From IMG/VR virus record IMGVR_UViG_3300027804_000064, positions 6,550 through 70,549 of that record: DNA of 64,000 nt. One strand, given 5' to 3'. Below, one piece after another: positions 47,647-54,957 of this stretch. Numbering within the stretch: position 1 is the first letter of the stretch; each line of letters starts with the position of its first letter. The DNA is from a virus. Below the pieces are notes generated by a model. The model was not told where the DNA came from. It saw only the letters and a program-made list of their open reading frames with translations, and made no database searches. The position numbers and the translations under genes were made by a program.

Positions 47647-49290
47647 ATGGCTATCAAACTATTTGGCTTTTCTCTCACAAAGGATAAAGGGACTTCTTCG
47701 GAGGAATCCAAGAAGTCTCTTTCCTTTGTCCCACCCGACTACGATGACGGTGCAGTGCCTATTGAAGTGGGTGGGTATTTCGGTGCAGTGGTTGACTTTG
47801 ACGGCTCAATCAAGACCGACATAGAGATGATTCGCAAATACCGCGACATGGCTCTCCACCCTGAAGTGGAATCAGCCATTGCGGACATCTGCAACGAAGC
47901 CATTGTGTACGATGACACCTTCACCACCGTGAAGATTGACACCACGAGCCTGAAGCAGTCCAAGGGCATCAAGGACAAGATTGAGGCAGAGTTTGAAGAA
48001 GTGCTTGGTCTGTTGGACTTCTCGCGGCGCGGCTACGAGATTTTCCGCAAGTGGTATGTGGACAGCCGCATCTACTACCACATTATTGCGGACGAAAACA
48101 ACAAAAAGAAGGGCATCAAGGAACTGCGTCCCATTGATCCCACGAAGATTCGCAAGGTGCGGAAAATCGTCAAGAAGCCACTTGACAAGAACAACGCCGC
48201 TGGCGTTGGCGTGCAGTTGGTCACATCGGTGGAAGAGTTCTATGTGTACAACGAGCAGCAGCCAAACTCGTCTACGCTGCAACTTGAGGGGCTGAAGATT
48301 TATCCTGACTCCATCTGCTTTATACACAGCGGACTGTTTGACGGTTACCACAAGAAGATCATTGGGTATCTGCACAAGGCTATCAAGGCTCTGAACCAAC
48401 TCCGCATGATTGAGGACGCTGTGGTGATCTACCGCATCACCCGCGCTCCCGAGCGGCGTGTGTTCTATGTGGATGTGGGAAACCTGCCGAAGCAGAAGGC
48501 AGAAGAGTATGTGCGTGGACTCATGCAGCGGTATCGCAACAAACTCATGTACGATCCGAACACGGGTGAAGTGCAGGATTCGCGCAAGCACCTGTCCATG
48601 CTTGAGGACTTCTGGATGCCACGGCGCGAAGGCGGGCGCGGCACGGAGATTCAGACCCTTGAAGGCGGTCAGAACCTGTCCGAGATGGATGATGTCAAGT
48701 ACTTCCAAAAGAAACTGTTCCAATCGCTGAATGTACCCACATCGCGGCTTGAGGAGTCCACAGGTTTCAATCTGGGCAAGGCTTCAGAGATTTCCCGTGA
48801 CGAAGTAAAGTTCTTCAAGTTTATTGAGCGGCTTCGCATGAAGTTCTCTGAACTGTTCCTTGAATTGCTGCGTGTGCAATTGGTGATGAAGGGCATCATC
48901 AAGGACACGGAGTGGGACGAGATTGAAGACCGCCTTGCGTTCAAGTTTGCGAAGGACTCCCATTTCTCCGAACTCAAGGAGAGCGAAATCCTCAAGGATC
49001 GTCTACAGTCTGCGCGTGATGCAGAAGACTTCGTGGGCAAGTACTACTCCCGTGAGTGGGTACGCAAGAAGATTCTGCGCCAGACGGAAGACGATGTGGA
49101 GCAGATCGACAAGCAGATCGCGGCTGAACAGGCTGCGGGATTGATTGCCGCACCTGGTCAGGAAATGGGCGGTGCGCCGATGACAGAGCCTGCGCCAGCC
49201 CCACCGCCACCCGCAGACGGAGGCGGCGAAGGTCCGCAAGTCACCATCGGTGAAATCGTGCCAGACGATGAAACAGGATTGAATCAGTGA
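47647..49290 (+). CDS. 20: portal vertex protein
   Basis: YR.MA.HPEV..AI.DI.NEAIV, YLHKAIK..NQLRMIEDA.VIYR..RAPERR.FY.DVGNLPK.KAE.Y, EDFW.PRREGGRGTEI.TL.GG. Confidence 0.97.
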   Translation: MAIKLFGFSLTKDKGTSSEESKKSLSFVPPDYDDGAVPIEVGGYFGAVVDFDGSIKTDIEMIRKYRDMALHPEVESAIADICNEAIVYDDTFTTVKIDTTSLKQSKGIKDKIEAEFEEVLGLLDFSRRGYEIFRKWYVDSRIYYHIIADENNKKKGIKELRPIDPTKIRKVRKIVKKPLDKNNAAGVGVQLVTSVEEFYVYNEQQPNSSTLQLEGLKIYPDSICFIHSGLFDGYHKKIIGYLHKAIKALNQLRMIEDAVVIYRITRAPERRVFYVDVGNLPKQKAEEYVRGLMQRYRNKLMYDPNTGEVQDSRKHLSMLEDFWMPRREGGRGTEIQTLEGGQNLSEMDDVKYFQKKLFQSLNVPTSRLEESTGFNLGKASEISRDEVKFFKFIERLRMKFSELFLELLRVQLVMKGIIKDTEWDEIEDRLAFKFAKDSHFSELKESEILKDRLQSARDAEDFVGKYYSREWVRKKILRQTEDDVEQIDKQIAAEQAAGLIAAPGQEMGGAPMTEPAPAPPPPADGGGEGPQVTIGEIVPDDETGLNQ

Positions 49291-49297
49291 GGTCATT

Positions 49298-49465
49298 ATG
49301 CCAGAGTCATATGAAGAATTCAAGGCAGGCGTATACGCAGCACTCCGCGACAAGGTAGCCGAGCGGTTGCAAAACAAGCGCGAGTATATTTCAAACTCCC
49401 TCTTGCGGGGAGAAATCCCGCAATCCGAAGAAGCAGAATCCCAGTCAAACGCAGAAGTAAACTAA
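49298..49465 (+). CDS. small prohead core protein (gp67-like), 55 aa
   Basis: Manual translation MPESYEEFKAGVYAALRDKVAERLQNKREYISNSLLRGEIPQSEEAESQSNAEVN; GAGG RBS; position after the portal gene. Confidence 0.6.
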   Translation: MPESYEEFKAGVYAALRDKVAERLQNKREYISNSLLRGEIPQSEEAESQSNAEVN

Positions 49466-49493
49466 ATAATGTGCCGTAAAAGGAGAAGCACAC

Positions 49494-49934
49494 ATGGACA
49501 CGAACAAGCACATCGCAAAAGCACTGCTGAACAAGAGTTTCGCTGAAGCCAAGGAACTGGTCTTCAAGTCGCTGTACGCCAAGGCATCACTGGCTCTTGA
49601 CGAGGCACGGTTTGCTGTTGCGAACAGCGTGTTCAATGAAGCCAAGACCGCTCCCGACACTGGCGTTCCCGCTGGTGCAAGCGAGGACAAGTTCAAGGCT
49701 GCTCGGGCTACGATCAAGAAGGCAGGCTACAAGGCTAAACTTGGCAAGGGCGTTCCCGCTGGTGCGATGAAGGAAGAAGCCGAGCAGATTGACGAAGTGT
49801 CGCCTCCAGGCATGGAGAAGATGACTGGCTCCAAGAAGACCAAGGCTTCGTTCGCCAAGCAGTACGGCAAGCGCGGCAAGAGTGTCATGTACGCCACTGC
49901 GTGGAAACTCCACAACAAGAAGGCGCAAGACTAA
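49494..49934 (+). CDS. prohead core/internal head protein
   Basis: Between portal and protease; gp67-like N-terminal helix; basic C-terminal PPG.E...F..QYG..GKSVMYATAWK segment; AGGAG RBS. Confidence 0.65.
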   Translation: MDTNKHIAKALLNKSFAEAKELVFKSLYAKASLALDEARFAVANSVFNEAKTAPDTGVPAGASEDKFKAARATIKKAGYKAKLGKGVPAGAMKEEAEQIDEVSPPGMEKMTGSKKTKASFAKQYGKRGKSVMYATAWKLHNKKAQD

Positions 49935-50575
49935 TGAAACTCATCACCGAAACAGTTCAGGACATTAACATTCTGACCGAAACCAAAGACGGTCAGAAGC
50001 ATTACTTCATTGAAGGCGTGTTCATGCAGGCTGAAGCGAAGAATCGCAACGGTCGCGTGTACCCCATGCCTGTCATGGAGAAGGAACTCGGACGGTATCA
50101 GAAGGAATATGTAAAGACGAACCGCGCTATGGGCGAACTTGGACACCCCGAGGGTCCGACAGTGAACCTTGAGCGCGTGTCCCATCTCATCAAGGACTTG
50201 CGCCTTGAGGGAAACGATGTCTACGGCAAAGCCAAGATTCTTGACACCCCATACGGCAAGATTGTCCGCAACCTCATTGACGAGGGCGTGAAACTGGGCG
50301 TTTCGTCCCGTGGCATGGGCAGTCTGAAGGAGCAGGACGGGGTGAATGTGGTACAGGAAGACTTCATGCTTGCAGCGGTGGATGTGGTCGCTGACCCGTC
50401 TGCACCAAACGCTTTCGTGAACGGCATCATGGAAGGTCGGGAGTGGATTTGGGACGGTGGTGTTCTCAAGCCTGTGGAGGTGGAGAACTACAAGCGTATA
50501 ATTGAAAAGACCCCATCAAGAAACTTGGAAGAACAAGCCATGCGGCTGTTCGCGGACTTCATTTCAAAACTCTGA
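49934..50575 (+). CDS. 21: prohead protease
   Basis: MKLITE, IEG.FMQ...KNRNGR.YP, GELGHP, LGVSSRG.GSL, D.VADPSAP.AFV.GIME. Confidence 0.97.
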   Translation: MKLITETVQDINILTETKDGQKHYFIEGVFMQAEAKNRNGRVYPMPVMEKELGRYQKEYVKTNRAMGELGHPEGPTVNLERVSHLIKDLRLEGNDVYGKAKILDTPYGKIVRNLIDEGVKLGVSSRGMGSLKEQDGVNVVQEDFMLAAVDVVADPSAPNAFVNGIMEGREWIWDGGVLKPVEVENYKRIIEKTPSRNLEEQAMRLFADFISKL

Positions 50576-50611
50576 CGATTCTACATATTCCCTAGAAGGA
50601 GACTCACAGTC

Positions 50612-51823
50612 ATGGCTAACGAAAAGATAGAAGATGTCATCAAGAAGGTAATCCTGGGCGAAGGCTTCCTTGCGGAGAACGCCGAGGAACAGGACGCTCC
50701 CGAGGGCGAGGACACCTCTGATGAGGACGCCATCGCTGAGGAGGAAGTCTACGAGGACGCGGAAGAGTCCGAGGAAATCGTAGAGGAAGACCTTGAAGAA
50801 GCCAAGGAGGAAGACTCCGAGGAAGAAGAGGACGAAGACGAGGACGAAGACGAGGAGGACGAAGAGGACTCCAAGGGCAAGAAGAAGATGCCTGCCTTCC
50901 TCAAGGGCAAGTTCGGCAAGAAGAAGGAGAAGGTTGAAGAAGCCGCCTCCGACTACGCCAGCGAGAAGTTGTACAAGACTGCCAACGGCAAGACCGCGCA
51001 GATTGCCGAGCCAACTGGCGATGCCAGTGGCAAGAACAAGGGCACCATTAAGCCCAAGGCTTCTGGTGCCAAGGGTGAAACCAAGATTCCAGAGGTCAAG
51101 CCCACCGTGAAGGAAGACATTGCTGTTCTCTTCAACGGTCAGGAACTCTCGGAAGACTTCAAGGCTTCGGCTGCTACACTCTTTGAGGCTCACCTCAACG
51201 AGCGCACCCGTCAGATTGAAGAGGAAGTCCAAGCCAAGTACGAGGATCTGCTTGAGCAGCACACCGTTGCTGTCACCGAAGAACTCGTTGAGCGCATTGA
51301 CGACTACCTGAACTATGTGGTCGAAGAGTGGATGCAGGAGAACCGCCTTGCCGTTGAGCAGGGACTCCGCACCGAGATCACAGAGAACTTCATCTCCAAC
51401 CTCCGTGGACTCTTTGCGGAGTCGTACATTGAGGTTCCCGAGGAGAAACTGGATCTGTTTGAGTCCACCGTTGAAGAGGCTGAAGCCCTTGACGGTGAAC
51501 TACAGGAGCAGGTTGAGAAGAACATGAATCTTGCTGAAGAGGTCGAGCAGTTGAAGTGCGAGATCGTGTTCCGCGAGATTTCAGAAGGTCTTACCGACAC
51601 CGACAGCGAAAAACTTCGCCGTCTTGCGGAAGACCTTGAGTTCGACACCGTTGAACAATTTGCCGAGAAGTTGAGTGTTCTCCGAGAGAACATTGAAACC
51701 ATCGGCTCAGTTGCCGAGGAAAGCACCAACGAGGAGTCTCTTGAAGAGTCCTACGAGGATGCCACCGAAGCGTCCCCGCTTGTTGAGGCGTATGCTCGCT
51801 CAATGAGCAAGAGAGAAGAGTAA
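50612..51823 (+). CDS. 22: prohead core scaffold protein
   Basis: Acidic; LSEDFK..A..LFEA, D.YL.YVVEEWM.EN.LA.E.GLR.EI.E.F...L..LF.E.YI.VP. Confidence 0.95.
   Translation: MANEKIEDVIKKVILGEGFLAENAEEQDAPEGEDTSDEDAIAEEEVYEDAEESEEIVEEDLEEAKEEDSEEEEDEDEDEDEEDEEDSKGKKKMPAFLKGKFGKKKEKVEEAASDYASEKLYKTANGKTAQIAEPTGDASGKNKGTIKPKASGAKGETKIPEVKPTVKEDIAVLFNGQELSEDFKASAATLFEAHLNERTRQIEEEVQAKYEDLLEQHTVAVTEELVERIDDYLNYVVEEWMQENRLAVEQGLRTEITENFISNLRGLFAESYIEVPEEKLDLFESTVEEAEALDGELQEQVEKNMNLAEEVEQLKCEIVFREISEGLTDTDSEKLRRLAEDLEFDTVEQFAEKLSVLRENIETIGSVAEESTNEESLEESYEDATEASPLVEAYARSMSKREE
50828..50870 (+). repeat. low-complexity GAG/GAC/GAA repeat encoding an Asp/Glu run
   Basis: GAGGACGAAGAC twice plus degenerate copies, encoding EDEDEDEDEEDEED. 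Confidence 0.75.
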
Positions 51824-51877
51824 TCTTCAAGTTTAGTTTCTTTCGGTCACAGACCGTTCACAAATAAGGAGTAGGAA

Positions 51878-53332
51878 ATGGAAAACAAGTTTCTAACCGA
51901 ACAGGCTCTCCGCAAGTGGAAGCCCGTTCTAGACCACAAGGACATGGCTCCCATCGCGGACGCTCACAAGCGTGCCACGATTGCCACACTGCTTGAGAAC
52001 CAAGAGAAGGCTATCAAGGAGCAGATGCTCGTTGAGGCTTCGCCAACCAACAACCTTGGTGCTGGTATGTCTCCTCTTGCCAATGGTGGAGAGAACGCTT
52101 CTCTCCGTGGCTACGATCCAATTCTCATCCAATTGGTTCGCCGCGCCATGCCCAACCTGATGGCTTACGATATCTGCGGCGTTCAGGCTATGTCGGCTCC
52201 GACAGGTCTGATCTTCGCAATGCGTAGCCGTTATCAGAATCAGACGGGCACCGAGGCGTTCTATCAGGAACCCGCTGCTAACTTCAGCGGTTCGGATAGT
52301 GTCACGCAGAGCGGTTTCTCTGGCGGTACAGCAGGTGGTGGCGCAACAGGCACCATTGCCAACTTTGGTCCTGGTACTGGCGTTGATCCGTTCTTCGGAT
52401 ACCAAGGCACATCCACCAACCCCACAATTGGCAGCGGTTTGACCAGTGGTTCGGCTCTCCGCACGAACTTTGCTGAAGGCGAAGCACCAAACGAGATGGC
52501 ATTCAGCATTGAGCGCGTTGGCGTTCAGGCTGCTACTCGTATGCTTGCTGCTTCTTACAGCATTGAACTGGCTCAGGATCTCAAGGCTGTTCACGGTCTT
52601 GACGCTGAGACAGAACTCGCCAACATTCTCAGCACGGAAATCCTTGCTGAAATCAACCGCGAGGTCGTTCGCAATGTCTACCGTTGCGCCAAGTTGGGCG
52701 CACAGCAGACCGATCTGTACTACAAGACGGTTGCTGGCGGTTTGAGCAGCGGCGCGGCATACGGCGGTGTCTACGATCTCATTCAGGACTCGGATGGTCG
52801 TTGGAGCGCGGAAAAGTTCCGTGGTCTAATGTTCCAGATTGAGCGTGAGTGCAACCAGATCGCCAAGGACACCCGCCGTGGCAAGGGTAACTTCATCATC
52901 TGCTCGGCAGATGTTGCCAGTGCCCTCGCAATGGGTGGCTTCCTGAACATCAGCCCCGCGCTGAATGTCAGCCTTGATGTTGACGACACGGGCAACACCT
53001 TCGCAGGTACGCTCAACGGCAAGATCAAGGTGTACATCGACCCCTATGTTGATGTCACCAACGGAACCGCTCCAAACTTCGTCTGCGTTGGATATAAGGG
53101 CACCAGCCCATATGACGCTGGTATGTTCTACTGCCCATATGTCCCGCTACAGATGATGCGTGCGGTGGATCAGACCACCTTCCAGCCCAAGATGGCGTTC
53201 AAGACCCGCTACGGCATGGTTGCGAACCCCTTCGCGGAAGGAAGCAATGTTGGAATTGGTTCGCTCAAGTCTCGCTCCAATGTCTACTACCGCATCTTCA
53301 AGGTGGACAACCTCCACGGCGTTGCATCGTAA
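51878..53332 (+). CDS. 23: major capsid protein
   Basis: KW.PVL, LLENQE, DP.LI.LVRRAMP.L.AYD.CGVQ.M..PTGLIFAMR, ELAQDLKAVHGLDAE.EL.NILS.EI.AEINRE, YCPYVPL, FQPK..FKTRYG...NPF. Confidence 0.98.
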   Translation: MENKFLTEQALRKWKPVLDHKDMAPIADAHKRATIATLLENQEKAIKEQMLVEASPTNNLGAGMSPLANGGENASLRGYDPILIQLVRRAMPNLMAYDICGVQAMSAPTGLIFAMRSRYQNQTGTEAFYQEPAANFSGSDSVTQSGFSGGTAGGGATGTIANFGPGTGVDPFFGYQGTSTNPTIGSGLTSGSALRTNFAEGEAPNEMAFSIERVGVQAATRMLAASYSIELAQDLKAVHGLDAETELANILSTEILAEINREVVRNVYRCAKLGAQQTDLYYKTVAGGLSSGAAYGGVYDLIQDSDGRWSAEKFRGLMFQIERECNQIAKDTRRGKGNFIICSADVASALAMGGFLNISPALNVSLDVDDTGNTFAGTLNGKIKVYIDPYVDVTNGTAPNFVCVGYKGTSPYDAGMFYCPYVPLQMMRAVDQTTFQPKMAFKTRYGMVANPFAEGSNVGIGSLKSRSNVYYRIFKVDNLHGVAS

Positions 53333-53354
53333 TAGACTGCACTAAACCTACGAG

Positions 53355-53381
53355 AGGGGAGGGCGAAAGCCCTCCCCTTTT
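53355..53381 (+). terminator. Rho-independent terminator after the capsid gene
   Basis: AGGGGAGGGC-GAAA-GCCCTCCCCT perfect 10-bp stem with GNRA loop, then T run. Confidence 0.92.
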
Positions 53382-53386
53382 CGTTT

Positions 53387-53393
53387 CTACATA
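53387..53393 (+). promoter_or_regulatory. late promoter CTACATA, 5 nt upstream of the gp3 ATG
   Basis: CTACATA-CTAGT-ATG directly after the terminator; no Shine-Dalgarno. Confidence 0.65.
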
Positions 53394-53398
53394 CTAGT

Positions 53399-53926
53399 AT
53401 GGCAAACACATTCGCTTTCGCTGACATCCCCGAAGACATCAAGGATCGGTATCCCGAGCGCATCAACGCCCTGCTGCCGACCTATTTCCGTTTCAGCATT
53501 TCCCGTCTTCCAAACACCGTGTACTTCTGCCAGAGCGCGTCCCTGCCCACCGTGACGATGGGCGAGGTGCAGATGCCCACCCCGTTCGTGCCTGTCAAGG
53601 CTCCCACCAAACTGGACTTTGACGAATTAAGCATCACCTTTATCGTGGACGAGGAAATGAAGAATTGGCTTGAGATATTCAACTGGATGCGGTCTGCCAC
53701 GAATGTGGAAAATTATGAGGAGTACCGCGCAGCCAACACCCACACCTGTACGGCTAATCTGCTCATCCTGAACAGCATGAAGAATCCAAAAATCAATGTG
53801 ACCTTTGAGGGGCTGTACCCACGAACCCTTGGCTCCATTGACTTTAGTTCCACGGTGATGGATCCTGAGCCATTTCAATGCACCGCCACATTCGCGTACC
53901 GCAACTACAATATTGAAACTTTGTGA
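53399..53926 (+). CDS. 3: tail tube terminator/tail completion protein
   Basis: N.L.P..F.F.I.RLP...YFCQ...LP, L.F..L...F.VDE...NW.EI.NW, F..LYP..L..I.F. Confidence 0.9.
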   Translation: MANTFAFADIPEDIKDRYPERINALLPTYFRFSISRLPNTVYFCQSASLPTVTMGEVQMPTPFVPVKAPTKLDFDELSITFIVDEEMKNWLEIFNWMRSATNVENYEEYRAANTHTCTANLLILNSMKNPKINVTFEGLYPRTLGSIDFSSTVMDPEPFQCTATFAYRNYNIETL

Positions 53927-53933
53927 TTTGTGT

Positions 53934-53961
53934 TTGACCGCGTAGGGTCATGGTGTAGAAT
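53934..53961 (+). promoter_or_regulatory. sigma70-like promoter for uvsY
   Basis: TTGACC-16 nt-TAGAAT. Confidence 0.6.
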
Positions 53962-53981
53962 CTCCCACACGGAGAACTCCT

Positions 53982-54416
53982 ATGACCCTAGACGATATTC
54001 GCAAAGAGATTGAACGCGATGTGCGGTTGGATGACGCGGCTCTTGATCTTGAAGCCCTGAAGATTCCCCAACTCCACAGCAAGTACCTGAACTTCCTCAC
54101 GGACGAGAAACTGTCTCTTGCCAAGTGCGAGTTTGACCTGAAGGCACTCCTACGCGCCAAGTGGGAGTACTACACAGGCAAGATGTCGCAGGAAGAGTTG
54201 ACGGTGCGGGGATGGGAGCCGTTCGCGCTGAAGATTCTGCGGAACGATCTTGACCTGTATCTTGAGAGCGATCCCGACCTTTCCAAACTGCAACAGAAGG
54301 TGCTGTATCAAAAGGAAAAGATTGCTCTGCTTGAGGAGATCGTGAAGGAACTCAACAATCGGCACTGGAAGATTCGGTGTGCCATTGACTGGAGAAAGTT
54401 CGTGAATGGGCAGTAA
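53982..54416 (+). CDS. uvsY: recombination mediator UvsY
   Basis: D...D...L..E.LKIP.LHSKY, K.EYY.GK, Y..SD, R.W.I..AIDW.KF..G. Confidence 0.93.
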   Translation: MTLDDIRKEIERDVRLDDAALDLEALKIPQLHSKYLNFLTDEKLSLAKCEFDLKALLRAKWEYYTGKMSQEELTVRGWEPFALKILRNDLDLYLESDPDLSKLQQKVLYQKEKIALLEEIVKELNNRHWKIRCAIDWRKFVNGQ

Positions 54417-54957
54417 TCTCCCTGATCTTCTGCAATCAGATCCTGATGTGTGGTGGGTTGACCGTATGTACCTACAGCACGCATTTCAGGAAGCACGGTT
54501 CAGCCTTGACCCAAGCACACAGGTGGGTGCGGTGTTCGTGGTTCCAAGCGGTGCAGGAGTGGTGCTGCGCGACCACAACGGCGTTCCCTCGCGCCTTCGC
54601 GGAGCAGGATACCCCCTGAACGAGAGCAGCAAGAACTACTGCACTGAACACGCGGAACGGCGACTACTGTTCAAGTCCATAGCCAACAGGATTCCAACTG
54701 AACCTCTCACCATGTACTGCACATGGGCTTCGTGCGCGGAGTGCGCGAGAACGCTGATTCAATTTGGTGTCAGCAGGGTGGTCACCTTTTCCGCGCTGGT
54801 GGAGAAGACTCCCGACAGGTGGAAGGACAGCGTACACAGCGGCATCCGTATGCTGAACGACTGCGGAATCCCTGTCGTGGGATGGCGAGGCGATCTTGGA
54901 GTATGCGACTACATACTTTTTGATCGGCAACGCATCGGAAACGAGGACTTGAAGTAA
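54406..54957 (+). CDS. dCMP deaminase-family protein
   Basis: S.DPSTQVGAV, HAE, CxxC (SCAEC) zinc-deaminase motifs. Confidence 0.85.
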   Translation: MGSNLPDLLQSDPDVWWVDRMYLQHAFQEARFSLDPSTQVGAVFVVPSGAGVVLRDHNGVPSRLRGAGYPLNESSKNYCTEHAERRLLFKSIANRIPTEPLTMYCTWASCAECARTLIQFGVSRVVTFSALVEKTPDRWKDSVHSGIRMLNDCGIPVVGWRGDLGVCDYILFDRQRIGNEDLK

